Positions 41,576-52,700 of a stretch of DNA of 64,000 nt are shown here, piece by piece. The DNA lies in IMG/VR virus record IMGVR_UViG_3300031841_003798, positions 11,590-75,589 of that record; one strand, written 5' to 3'. The DNA is from a virus. The notes under the pieces are model-generated. The model was not told the origin of the DNA and searched no databases. It saw only the letters and a program-made list of their open reading frames with translations. Positions within the stretch are counted from its first letter, which is position 1. Every line of letters begins with the position of its first letter. The position numbers and the translations under genes are program-made.

Positions 41576-42819
41576 TGGAAGAGGTCGAATGTTATCGCCT
41601 CTGGTTCGCCAATGCCCGCCACTGTGTACAACAGGTCATCAACGCTCTTCAAGGCGATGGTGTTAACGGATGATTTCTGACGTGACCGTAGCCACTTTTC
41701 GTCTTGCGTGTCCTTTACGTAAAGGTTCACGATATAGCCTGTCTTTCCTTCTTGAAATCGGATAGCCCGACCGGTCCTCTGAATGTTCTGCCTCTCACTG
41801 GATGTACCGCTGCAGATTAACGCAAGCTCGACACCTGGTACGTCGAAACCTTCGTCCAATGCTTTAGCGGTGTTGATCACCCGTACATCTGACTTGTCAT
41901 CTTCGAAGTTCTTCAGCGCGTTAGCACGCTGCCACTTCTGCATCTTACTGTTGTAGCTTGCTGACCATGGCGACGTCTGCCGTGTAAGCTCGTTAGCAAA
42001 GTCTACGCTTTCGCTAAACGTGATCGTCTTGAGGTCTAGCGCATCAATGATACGCTTAGCAGCTTCAAGCTTGGGAGGATAAGTATACAGAAACTTTTTG
42101 CGCGCTGCAAGGTTTCGGTTGAATTGTATAGCCCAAACTTTAACTGCTTCACTGCTAGTATGGTAGCGGCGTGCAATATTGTTGCATGCGTGAATGCTGG
42201 TTAAGCAATGCATAGCAGTGTTAAAGTCGTGACCGAACTTAGAGAAGTAGTAGTTGAACTCATCGTTCATCTTCTTGTACTGCTTCTTGTAGTCATCGGT
42301 CATGACAAGCGGAACGTTGTATGTCTTGAAGTCGGAGACGTACCCTTCCTTTAGTGCTTCGGTTAGGCTGACTGTGTCAATCACCGGAGCATGATCGCGA
42401 ATCAAGTAATCTTTACCATCCTTGCGCTCAAGGGTAGCGGTAAGTCCTAAGATCCAATCATAGGTGACTAGCTTGAAAATCTTGCTGAATACAGAGCTAG
42501 CGTAGTTATGAATCTCATCAAGGATGAGGAGATCGCATTCGCGCTTACGCCGCACGCCCGTATTGATCACTACTACATCTACATTATGTAGGTGATGTTC
42601 TTCCACCTGCTTCTCCCATTGGAGCTTTAAGTGCTTGGTAGGAACAACAACCAAAGTGGTCTTGTCCGGATGCTGTTCGTTAGTCTTGGAAATGGCAAGG
42701 ACTGCAGTGTACGTCTTACCGAAGCCAGTACAAGCTTCTAACGTGCCCTTGCAGTCCTTGTCAACCCACTTGCGTAATATGCTTTTTTGTCTTGCAAGTC
42801 GTTTACTGTCTAGTGTCAT
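41572..42819 (-). CDS. Superfamily 2 helicase
   Basis: CTGFGKT, ILDEIH, LGLTAT, LDEGFDVP, QRTGRAIR. Confidence 0.9.
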   Translation of the reverse strand: MTLDSKRLARQKSILRKWVDKDCKGTLEACTGFGKTYTAVLAISKTNEQHPDKTTLVVVPTKHLKLQWEKQVEEHHLHNVDVVVINTGVRRKRECDLLILDEIHNYASSVFSKIFKLVTYDWILGLTATLERKDGKDYLIRDHAPVIDTVSLTEALKEGYVSDFKTYNVPLVMTDDYKKQYKKMNDEFNYYFSKFGHDFNTAMHCLTSIHACNNIARRYHTSSEAVKVWAIQFNRNLAARKKFLYTYPPKLEAAKRIIDALDLKTITFSESVDFANELTRQTSPWSASYNSKMQKWQRANALKNFEDDKSDVRVINTAKALDEGFDVPGVELALICSGTSSERQNIQRTGRAIRFQEGKTGYIVNLYVKDTQDEKWLRSRQKSSVNTIALKSVDDLLYTVAGIGEPEAITFDLFQ

Positions 42820-42838
42820 ATGTGTTTATTTAATTCAT

Positions 42839-42862
42839 TACTTCTCTGTATGGTTTTCACTT
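42839..42862 (-). promoter_or_regulatory. 24-nt repeated upstream motif, copy before the replication operon
   Basis: AAGTGAAAACCATACAGAGAAGTA, 19 nt before ATG 42819. Confidence 0.6.
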
Positions 42863-42878
42863 TTAGACCATAGCTAGA

Positions 42879-45800
42879 TTAAGGTAGTCTAGCATCTACA
42901 TATCCAACACGGCGGTCCGTAATAATGATGAACAAATCATTGCTAGGTAGATCAATGCCTCCACCACTCGTACCAATCAAGTCAAACGTTAAGTCATACA
43001 ATTCCACACGCTCACCAGGTGCCATTGTCAATCGCAATCCGCTAAGCGATACGTCTGGCTCTGTCTCTAAATCAGTGTAGTTGCTGGTTACAATGTTAGG
43101 ATTGATAGGATCTTCGCCAAACTGAACTGGTTCAAACTGATCGTCGACATAAAGATGGTGTTGAAAGTTTTGGTGCAGCATAAGATAATCCATGACATCT
43201 ACACAGCCATTGCCATTAAAGTCATAGTCTTGAATATCATCAATTGCAGGTACATCTGTTTCGCACTCACCGTAATGAGCTAAAAAGTCAATGATATCAT
43301 CAGATTCTACAGACCCATCGCCTGTTACGTCACCAATCAAGTTGGTAAACAATACTTCAACACTGACGGGATACTCATAAGCATCTTGCCTAAACCACAG
43401 GGTATCATTCTCTTGTAAATATTTGATACCATAGTTACCGTTAGAGTCAGCAATACGAAAGCCTAATCGTTCGAATGGTGGATCAGGTAAAAGACTCTGA
43501 GTGTTTTCTTGGAATGTAACGGGAATTAATGCCCAGTCACCGTTTTGTGGCTCAGGAATGATACCAAGTAAAGGGTTGTCATTGTGCGGTAACTCTTCTC
43601 TTACGTACTGAGCAGCATAAAAGTTGCTGCTATCTCCGGCTAAAAATGGCCAATTAGTCGAAGAAGCAACAACATCTTCATTAGGTGTAGATGTACCGTT
43701 CTCTGCGTCAGCTTCAAAACCATGTTGGAAGAAAAGGTGAGGTAAGAAGGTAGTGTCATTTAAATAGTCTACACATAGAACAGTTGTAATGCTTGCGCTA
43801 TCTAATGCGGTGCGCCCATATAAATTAAAGTCTCCTGAAATAGTATAGGGTGCATTATTCTGAGGGAAGTCAAAATTGTACTCAGCCATGTCAGGGGTCA
43901 GTGCCATGTCTGTAGGTCCTAATGCACTGCTGCCCACATAGACCATTCCTCCAGGCATTAAATATTGGCCGAGCTCAATATAAGAGAAGGGCGTAACAAC
44001 TGAGTTTTGTAAGTAGTTCTGTACGATTGGGCTGTTGAACAATTGATCATCTTGCCAGTCAGCTACGAAAGCAGCGAGTAGATCATTTTGTAAGCCAGGG
44101 TTGTTTGTAGCATACTCTAGTAGCAAGTCGACCCAAAAATCATATTCACTGTTGTAAATCTGATCATTGTAACGATGATATTTTCTAAAAAACGCTTCGC
44201 GTACTCCTGTTACCTCTGCTGGATTATTTGCAATACTATACGCTCCTGGCTCAGAAGGAGAGTACCAAGCAAATGTTACGTTGTTTACCGAAGGATTGTC
44301 ATCAAAGTATTGTTGAACAACAGCATTTAAATTGAGATAGCCTCCAAAAGGATTGCTAATACTAGTATATCGATTTAAACCTGCACCCTCTCCTTCAATA
44401 ATAAGATCAACATCACCGTCGGGTTGTATTTCTAGTCCTCCAAACACAGACAGAGCATACATTTCTGTAGCATCAATAGTGTTATAGCAATACAATGTGT
44501 CATTGTTTTCAATACAAGTTTCAAATTCACTTAATGCAAACAAATCGCCTGCTGTATTGTAGTAATAGCCAGCACCACTAGAGTACGGTAGAGATGCAGA
44601 TACTTGACCGTCTCCGTTTACCCAAGGAGTTCCAGTATATTCCACAATATGAGGTGCTACTTGAGAGTAAGCAATAAGTTCCCACAAAGTGCTTTGAATA
44701 TTGTTAATCTCACTACTTCCATCCATGCGAAATACTTGTTTGTATTCAGCCTGAATGTTATAGGGATTAGTAGAAGGTTGATAGCTGCTGTGAAAATCAG
44801 CAGGAAAATCATATGCTAATTCTTCAGGTGGATCGTAAAAAGTTCCACCAGGTGTTAATCCAAAAGGATTAGGATTTGGCCGGTAAGCGCTTCCAAACTG
44901 TACAGTGTCGGCTAAAATGTTACGACCTTCTGGATTCTGGCTGTTGCCATATGTTCTCAAATCGCCAAAAATCGCGTGACTTGCGATATAATATGGATAT
45001 CCAACTGTGCCAAAACCGTTTAGCTCAGTATTATAAGGAATCCAAGATAGTGGGGCTGCAGCATCTACAAGCTCTAAATCTGACTGAGTTGCCTCAAGGT
45101 CATAATACACTGCAAAGTTGTAATAAGGTTGAAATGCTCCTGCACTAGGAGAAGTCAAGATTGTTAAATCATCTAAATCTATATCGATAAGCGGTAAAAC
45201 AACTGTATCAGCAATAATTACATCAGGATCTTCTGCGACCAACTGATTAACAACATTACCATTCTCTGTAACAAAATATGCTGCAAAAATTCCGCCATTA
45301 TTAGGCATATCTTTCAATAAATTTTCAATACTTCCTTGGTATGCTACTCTGCCTGCGTTGTTGTTAAAACCTTTAAAACGATCTTTAAACTTTACATCTC
45401 CACTCCATGGAGAGTAAACTACTCCTTTTAAGGGAAGACCCTTTAAATAGTATCCCGTCAAACTAATTGGAGCATATTGCTCTACGTTAGTCAGATAGCC
45501 GTCGACATAGATATCTTGTAATAACTGAGGATCATAAGATGCCGTGTATGGATCTAAAGTGTCTTGAAGAGATTGCGGCAGAGATCCAATGATAGAGGAA
45601 AATACAGCCGACGATACAACGGGGCGACTTAAGTATAGCGTTTCATAATGTATGTCGCCATTTACTGTGCCTAAATTTTCAAAGGTAGCGCACTGATGTA
45701 ATGCTTTGTCTACAAGGAAAGTTAGACTGCCTCCTTCTTCAATATTGATTGTACCTGCATTGTGACATTCTTTAGTAATAAATACAGGTCCTTGAATATT

Positions 45801-46271
45801 CACTGTAGCACCTTCTACTACCCACAGCTCTTTAAGCAAGAGGGAGTCAATGCAGGAAATATTTAAGTCACTACCAAAACTACCTGCTGGGGTAGTCCAT
45901 CCAACGTGTAAGCCTCCAAACTCTGTTGCACCTACGTTGCCAATGCTGAAATCAGCAATAGACTCATTAAATAAGTCTTTACCGCATACAACATATACGT
46001 CAGGCTGATCACCTAAAGGTGCAATGTCGCCGGGGTATCCATCACCTAGAGGTGTTTGCACATTAGTATAACCTACAAGAGGACCTGCTGTACCTGTAGG
46101 AAAAGGGATTGCTTGATCAGCTACAGGCGGGCATCCAGTTCCGGTGTTGGTCCATGTGAAAACACCACTAAGATTCTGCATAGTGTAGGTCCAGTCGAGC
46201 TCACAATATGAAAGCTGTGCGTTGGCCACTAAGCCAGCGAAGATAAACGTTGTCGCAAGTAAGTTTTTCAT
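42879..46271 (-). CDS. Large secreted protein with dockerin/EF-hand-like repeat (paralog 3)
   Basis: Signal peptide MKNLLATTFIFAGLVANA|Q; GDVTGDGSVESDDIIDFLAHYG and YDFNGNGCVDVMDYL near the C-terminus; extensive similarity to 46268..49762. Confidence 0.8.
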   Translation of the reverse strand: MKNLLATTFIFAGLVANAQLSYCELDWTYTMQNLSGVFTWTNTGTGCPPVADQAIPFPTGTAGPLVGYTNVQTPLGDGYPGDIAPLGDQPDVYVVCGKDLFNESIADFSIGNVGATEFGGLHVGWTTPAGSFGSDLNISCIDSLLLKELWVVEGATVNIQGPVFITKECHNAGTINIEEGGSLTFLVDKALHQCATFENLGTVNGDIHYETLYLSRPVVSSAVFSSIIGSLPQSLQDTLDPYTASYDPQLLQDIYVDGYLTNVEQYAPISLTGYYLKGLPLKGVVYSPWSGDVKFKDRFKGFNNNAGRVAYQGSIENLLKDMPNNGGIFAAYFVTENGNVVNQLVAEDPDVIIADTVVLPLIDIDLDDLTILTSPSAGAFQPYYNFAVYYDLEATQSDLELVDAAAPLSWIPYNTELNGFGTVGYPYYIASHAIFGDLRTYGNSQNPEGRNILADTVQFGSAYRPNPNPFGLTPGGTFYDPPEELAYDFPADFHSSYQPSTNPYNIQAEYKQVFRMDGSSEINNIQSTLWELIAYSQVAPHIVEYTGTPWVNGDGQVSASLPYSSGAGYYYNTAGDLFALSEFETCIENNDTLYCYNTIDATEMYALSVFGGLEIQPDGDVDLIIEGEGAGLNRYTSISNPFGGYLNLNAVVQQYFDDNPSVNNVTFAWYSPSEPGAYSIANNPAEVTGVREAFFRKYHRYNDQIYNSEYDFWVDLLLEYATNNPGLQNDLLAAFVADWQDDQLFNSPIVQNYLQNSVVTPFSYIELGQYLMPGGMVYVGSSALGPTDMALTPDMAEYNFDFPQNNAPYTISGDFNLYGRTALDSASITTVLCVDYLNDTTFLPHLFFQHGFEADAENGTSTPNEDVVASSTNWPFLAGDSSNFYAAQYVREELPHNDNPLLGIIPEPQNGDWALIPVTFQENTQSLLPDPPFERLGFRIADSNGNYGIKYLQENDTLWFRQDAYEYPVSVEVLFTNLIGDVTGDGSVESDDIIDFLAHYGECETDVPAIDDIQDYDFNGNGCVDVMDYLMLHQNFQHHLYVDDQFEPVQFGEDPINPNIVTSNYTDLETEPDVSLSGLRLTMAPGERVELYDLTFDLIGTSGGGIDLPSNDLFIIITDRRVGYVDARLP

Positions 46272-49200
46272 GGTATTCGAAAATCAATATGTCCTGCAAA
46301 TCGCGATGTAGCAATGATATACAGCTGTTGTAAAGGAGCTGTTACTTCATTTCGCTCTTGAGCAATTAAATCTAAGTTGGTGTCGTACAGAAAAATTTCT
46401 TCTCCGGGAATACGAATCAATTGATTTGCCCCAATAGTTACACCAGGCTCGTTACGTGCATCTGTTGGATAGATCTGCAGCACCTCGGCATCAGATAGCT
46501 GTGCCTCAGCAATTGATTGAGGTGAAAAGTTTCCATTAAAATGCAATGAAGTTTGAAAGTAAACGATAACCCATAGGTGATCCATAGCATTTACACATCC
46601 GTCTCCATTGATATCGTAGTCTTGCAGATTAGGTACAACTGGTACATCTGTATCGCAAGCACCATAGTAATTAAGAAAGGCTGTTAGGTCGTTGACATTT
46701 ACAATACCATCACCGGTAACATCACCTCGCAAGGATGTAAAGAACAACTCTACAGTTACAGGATAAGCATAGTCACGATGCCTAAACCACATTGTATCTC
46801 CTTCAAAAACGTATTTAATAGGCATAATTGTATCGTTAAATACAATTGTATCGCCATTTAAATAGATGACTGTATCAGCAGATTGGTGTACACGAATACC
46901 AAGTCGATCAAAAGGTGCTTGCTGGTTCATCGCCGAAGCTGGGCTTTCTTGGAACTGCAAGGGCGTAATACAAATAGCGCTATCTGGTTTAGGAATAATA
47001 CCTAATAATGGATCAGCATTGTGAGGAGTAGCTTCATATACATAGCTAGCAGGATAAAAACTACTTGAATCACTGCATAAAAATGGATACCCCGTAGTAG
47101 TAGCCATATCATCCTCTAATGGCTGAATACCGTTTTCGGCCTCTAGATCCCATACATGATGGAACCAAGGACGTGGCCAGTATGAGCTATCGTTTTTAAA
47201 ATCAATAGCTGCTACAACTGTAATGTTTGCACTGTCTCCTGCTAGTCGTAAACCATCTAACCATTCATCGCCCGCAACATCATATCCAGGCACATTTTCT
47301 GGAAAGTGAAAATCATAGACAGCTTCATTTGTGCTCATGTTTAGCTGTGCTTCTTGACCTTGGCTGTTTTTAACCCAAATAGATCCACTTGGAGTTAAAT
47401 AGCGACCAAGAGGATAGTAGCTAAAAGGATTAAGTGTATCCTGTGCTAAATAGTTAAGAGCTACCTCGCTATTAATTACGCCATCATCATTGTAATCAGT
47501 AATGAATGTGGTAATTAAATCATTTTGCAATCCTGGATTAGCAACAGCATAGTCTACGACTAATTGAATCCAAAAGTCCAATTCGCTAGCGTATACTTCG
47601 TTACCGTACTTATGATACTTGCGCCTAAAGTACCGACGCTGGTATGGTCCTACTTGAGTAGCGGTGTACACCTCTTGCTGTGGATGTTCGGCATAATAAA
47701 AATCTTGGTTTCCTCCAAGATTGTACCATGCAAACTCTAAATGGATAGCTTCTGAATTTTCATCAAAGTACCGTTCAGCTACTAAATCCAAATCCAAATA
47801 ACCATTCGAAGGGTTTGAAAAGGAAGTCCACATGTTGGCTTGCTCTGCACCTGTAATTGTTTGGACTTCAGAACCAAAGCCGCTACCTTGAATAACAGTA
47901 GGCGTAAAGCTTCCCAGTTGAGTCATGTCATATGACTCTGTATTAGCAAAACAGTACAAGGTATCATTGTTAATTAAACAATCAGTAAAAGCACTGTATT
48001 CAAATAAATCACCCTCAGTGTTGTAGAAATATGTAATACCAGGTGATGTTGGCATATATAGCTGTACTCCATTATCAATACCATTATCGTAAACTGGTAT
48101 AACTTGATTTTCATAAGGAATGCTAGGATAATACTGTCCGTCATTACCAGCTGAACTGTTGAACCACGGATAACCTTCGTATTCCCAAATGACCGGCGTA
48201 TATCGATGGCCTGACCGCCCTCTCCATAATCCTATTGGCTGATGTATAGGTGTATTAGCATCTATAGGCATGAATCTAGCGTACTTATTACGTGCCAGTT
48301 CAGTGGTCCAGGAATCCATACGAAATCCAGGCGGGTATAACTCTGCAAAGTTGTAACCGTTCACCGAGTCATTGTATGCTACGGTTGGCAAGGGATCACC
48401 CCAAGAAATATTCCAAGGGTGTGTACCAATAGTATCTGCGATAATAGAATGGTTAGGATTATTCCAAATTGGGTTGCCCTCGCTACTACCCGTGCGTAAA
48501 TCAAACCAAGTTATAGTGGAAGCAGCGCCATTAGGAGAAGTGTAAAATCCATACAGAGGCGTGTTTCCAAACGGAACCCAGGTTAAAGAATCGGCATTAG
48601 TCATTAAGGCCTCATCTTCCTCCCAAACATCTACATCAAAAACAGTTTCGATATTCATGAAAAACCCGTCATTCACTAGAGCTGTATCCGCTAACCAGTT
48701 ATATGAATCGGGATCATTGGAATCAAAAAAAGTTGTATCGCCATTTGCGATACCGATCAAAGTAAAGAGTCCAGGAAAACTTGCAGGAGCACTGACCCCT
48801 AAATCTTCTTGGGGTCCTGCGTTGGTAATAAATAACCCTGAGTTGTTACCCCAACCTTTAAACCGTTCTTTTTGAATCATGTCACCATCGTAAGCGTTTA
48901 ATCGCACGCCTTGCAATGGAATACCCTCCATGTAATAACCTCCAACACCAATAATAGGTTCATTAGCATTAGATCCTGACGCTTCAAAAATTGCGTAGTT
49001 GTCTACATAATACTCTAACCACTCGCTGTATTCAAGGTCCGCAAGAAACGGATCTACAGTATCTAAGAAACTAGATGGAAGATCATCTACAAATACACCA
49101 AATGGAGCAATAATAGGGCCGTCCATATATAATGATTCGTAAGAAATACGACCATTTACAGTGCCCCTGTTTTCGAATAAAGAGTGCTGGTGCTTTTCTC

Positions 49201-49762
49201 TATCAACTAAAAAGGTCAAGCTGCCACCCTCCATAATGTTGATGGTCCCTGCGTTGTGTGCGTCTTCCGTAATAAATACAGGCCCATAGATATTTACTGT
49301 TGCGCCCTCTACAACCCAAAGTTCTTTGAGCATAAGAGAGTCGGTACAATAAATATCTAGGTCTTTACCGAACGAACCTGCCGGAGTAATCCAGCCTACG
49401 TGCAAACCACCAAAGGTCTGTGCTCCAATGTTTGTGATATTAAAGTCAGCTACATGTTCGTTGAATTGATCCTTGCCGCAAACAACATACAAGTCTGGTT
49501 GATCTCCTAATGGACCAATGGTTCCATAACTAGCTTCAATATTCATCCAACCGTATTGAGTAGTTGGACTACCCGTAGGGAATGGAATTACTTGAAATGC
49601 ATCAGGTTGCGTTGCTGTACAAGTCGCTGTAGAAAAGGTGTAAACTCCAGACAATATCTGTATTGTAGGCCCATAATCTAGATTACATGCAGGAAACGTA
49701 GGTTGCCCATAGACTGTAGTAGTAACTACCAGCAGTAAAACGCTAAAAAATGTACGAAGCAT
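46268..49762 (-). CDS. Large secreted protein with dockerin/EF-hand-like repeat (paralog 2)
   Basis: Signal peptide MLRTFFSVLLLVVTTTVYG|Q; GDVTGDGIVNVNDLTAFLNYYG and YDINGDGCVNAMDHL. Confidence 0.8.
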   Translation of the reverse strand: MLRTFFSVLLLVVTTTVYGQPTFPACNLDYGPTIQILSGVYTFSTATCTATQPDAFQVIPFPTGSPTTQYGWMNIEASYGTIGPLGDQPDLYVVCGKDQFNEHVADFNITNIGAQTFGGLHVGWITPAGSFGKDLDIYCTDSLMLKELWVVEGATVNIYGPVFITEDAHNAGTINIMEGGSLTFLVDREKHQHSLFENRGTVNGRISYESLYMDGPIIAPFGVFVDDLPSSFLDTVDPFLADLEYSEWLEYYVDNYAIFEASGSNANEPIIGVGGYYMEGIPLQGVRLNAYDGDMIQKERFKGWGNNSGLFITNAGPQEDLGVSAPASFPGLFTLIGIANGDTTFFDSNDPDSYNWLADTALVNDGFFMNIETVFDVDVWEEDEALMTNADSLTWVPFGNTPLYGFYTSPNGAASTITWFDLRTGSSEGNPIWNNPNHSIIADTIGTHPWNISWGDPLPTVAYNDSVNGYNFAELYPPGFRMDSWTTELARNKYARFMPIDANTPIHQPIGLWRGRSGHRYTPVIWEYEGYPWFNSSAGNDGQYYPSIPYENQVIPVYDNGIDNGVQLYMPTSPGITYFYNTEGDLFEYSAFTDCLINNDTLYCFANTESYDMTQLGSFTPTVIQGSGFGSEVQTITGAEQANMWTSFSNPSNGYLDLDLVAERYFDENSEAIHLEFAWYNLGGNQDFYYAEHPQQEVYTATQVGPYQRRYFRRKYHKYGNEVYASELDFWIQLVVDYAVANPGLQNDLITTFITDYNDDGVINSEVALNYLAQDTLNPFSYYPLGRYLTPSGSIWVKNSQGQEAQLNMSTNEAVYDFHFPENVPGYDVAGDEWLDGLRLAGDSANITVVAAIDFKNDSSYWPRPWFHHVWDLEAENGIQPLEDDMATTTGYPFLCSDSSSFYPASYVYEATPHNADPLLGIIPKPDSAICITPLQFQESPASAMNQQAPFDRLGIRVHQSADTVIYLNGDTIVFNDTIMPIKYVFEGDTMWFRHRDYAYPVTVELFFTSLRGDVTGDGIVNVNDLTAFLNYYGACDTDVPVVPNLQDYDINGDGCVNAMDHLWVIVYFQTSLHFNGNFSPQSIAEAQLSDAEVLQIYPTDARNEPGVTIGANQLIRIPGEEIFLYDTNLDLIAQERNEVTAPLQQLYIIATSRFAGHIDFRIP

Positions 49763-52700
49763 TAGTATCCAGTGAAGAGAGGAACAGTAGTAAATGGATC
49801 GTTAGGTTTATTAGAACCTAAACACAAGTAGTTAACTGGTGTAGATAATCCAGGCAGATCTAGATAGTAGTCTAAAAACAAGTGGATTTGATATCCTACT
49901 GGACTAGCTAAAGTGTTACCAGTGCCCGATGCTTCAAGCTGTGCGCTTGTTGGAAGGACTGAGGGTAGACGGATGTTATTGTCTGCACTGCTTTGAATCG
50001 ATCCTCCATGAACGATAGTACCATACTCGTCAGTAATAACGTAGTTGCCTCGAATAACACACGTACTGATATATGCTTGTTGCTGAACGCTGAACCCTGG
50101 GTAGTCGCGCCAGTCGTATGCGTTGTGTGTGTTGTCCTTCTTAGTAGCGAAGTATGCGATACGCTCTTGCTCTGGACTCATGTAATCATCGGATCCATAC
50201 ACATCGTCCGGATACGATAGTCCAAAGTTGGATAAGAATCCTAGCAGATCTGCTTGACCAATAACTCCATCGTTATTGTAGTCCAAGTACATGTTATTGT
50301 CATTGACAGTTGTACCAAAGAACGACAGTAAGACGAGCATGTCGCTGGTCGTAATGTTACCATCCGTATTGAAATCACCGTAAGTGGGACGGATGTGTAG
50401 CTCAATTAAGTCACCATTAAAATCTTCTGTGCCTCCAACGTTTAATGGTGCAGGGTATGTGTTTGCCGTGTTTGTAACAGGCATTTTAAAATTAGGAGGA
50501 TCAATACGTTGTGTATTTTGGCCAGGATTAAAGGCTTTAATGTGCCACCATGCAGGCCAGGACAGTTGTGGATGTTGTCCAATAGGACTGTCGATATAGT
50601 ATTCTAACACACTAGTGCCGTCTAAGTCGAAGTTGAATGCGTCAAAGTCTACAACTAAGTAAAGAGTGTCGCTAGGGTCAGTAACGTTTCGACTATAGGA
50701 GCCAAACATCAGCTCACCAACCTGCCCATCTTCTTGTCGAAGCAGGTACATGGCCGGGTCAGGTGCAATGCTGTATTCAAATGCATCAAGATATCCGAGT
50801 GCACCGCCTGAATACTCAGGACCAAATGCTAGTGGAAGGTAAGCAAGGGTGATGGTGTCAGTTGCTGTACGTGCATTAAGGCGTAACAGCGTGAACTCAT
50901 CCATGGCATCCAATGCAGCCATATCAAACTCGCAGTTGTCTGATCCGTTGCAAGGATAGTTGTTTACTCCTTTGCCTGCTGCGTAATCTAAAATGCTGCG
51001 CCTGTTTAAATCATATACGTCACTCTTGATGTCGTAAGAGCGAACGATAGGATCATTAGCATAAACTGTGGTATCTGCTGTAACAATGCTTGCCAATCCA
51101 CCCATATTGGTGTAACTGTGATCGACTTTGATAGAATTGCTAAACAAGTTTAATGTGCCACCATCGTAGTCACCGATGTTGTAGTGATTGACGTGGTTGA
51201 AACCAACTACATCCCAAGGTTCAAGAGTATCTCCAATAGCTTCAGAATGAGTCATACCATCGATATTGTACAAGTCGATAGTACGCCACACTTCATTTTC
51301 ATGATCGTAAAAATCTAAGTAGTCTGCTACTTTACGAGGGTAAGACAGGCCGGAAAGGGCGTTATAGCTATATCCCGTAACAGGATCCGCTACATACAAT
51401 CGTTCAGGCATAAAAGACACAAGAGGTTTGATGTCGTAGAATGTACGTGCCGAACGTGGACTAAAGTTTTTTACGAGAGTAACAACCTTAGACATGTCTA
51501 CTTGCGATCCATCAAACTGATGAATCATTCCCAATCCAGTAAAATCGATGTTACGGTATGAATCTGTTGTCGTACCTCCTTGCTGGCTGTAAATATCAGA
51601 TGCGTAGGAAATGGTAGTCGGTGTGTTTAGAATAGTTGCAGCGTTTTCAAAGTAAACACTGAGTTCAGCAGGATATTCTGGAGCATTGTTGGTATCAAAT
51701 GCCTCATCGGTAATTCCGACTACAGCCTGACTTTTCCATGTACCGGTAACCTCGATTACCATTGAGGCCACAGCATTGTTTGCTCCTTGCACATTGACAA
51801 TCAACGGATCAAACATATCGTCAGGTGTAGTAGCTAGAGCATCTTGCTCTGCCTCTGTTGCAGTGGTTACACCTCCTGTTAAAGCTGCAACTTGCGCATT
51901 GCCTACAAGATCAGATACCGTGTTGTTACCTGAGTCATATACTGGAATGATCCGTACACCGTAGCTCGGATCATATTGATTGTAGAAGATTGCAGGGTTG
52001 TAGAAGTCAGCAGCTGGATTCGCAACAAAGTTGTTGTAGTCACGTACTACCTCACCGCTGTGCAAATTGGTATTTAATGCTGCACTACTACTTAAAGAGT
52101 TGTGATAGGAGTGATCAGCGATATACCCATAACCATCTGTTTCATCAATCTCGCTCCACCATCCAACTTGTACGGTTGGCTTTACCCCTAATACAGCTAA
52201 GCTGTCTTGAATCTGGCGCACCATATCGTCAAGGTTGATAGATGCTAAACTGGAGTTGACTAAAAATTTAAGTACGTCTCCATCCGCTTCATCAATAGCG
52301 GTGTAGTTGTCAAATGAGACTAGTACCTGTCTGGTAATCTTACCATCAATCTCACCAAAATCATTGTCGATAATTGCTTGACCGGCTGCAGTGTGTTTTA
52401 ATACAACTTCACCACCCGGTTCAATAAGGAGTTTGCCATTGTTCGCTAGGTGTAGAGCATTTTTAATCTCGACACGAGCCCCGGCTTTAACTCGCAAAGT
52501 AGTACCACCATCAATGTAGACACGATCGAACAACCAGTTGCCTGAGTTCAATGTCATTACAGGGTTTTCGTAGTACTGAAAAACGTCTTCGATTACACTA
52601 ATTCTTGTTTCTAAAACACTGGCTGTAAGGTATGTACCTCCTGGAATGCCGTTAATAGCACCGGTACCAAGCAATCCATAAATCTGATCGTCTGACCAAC

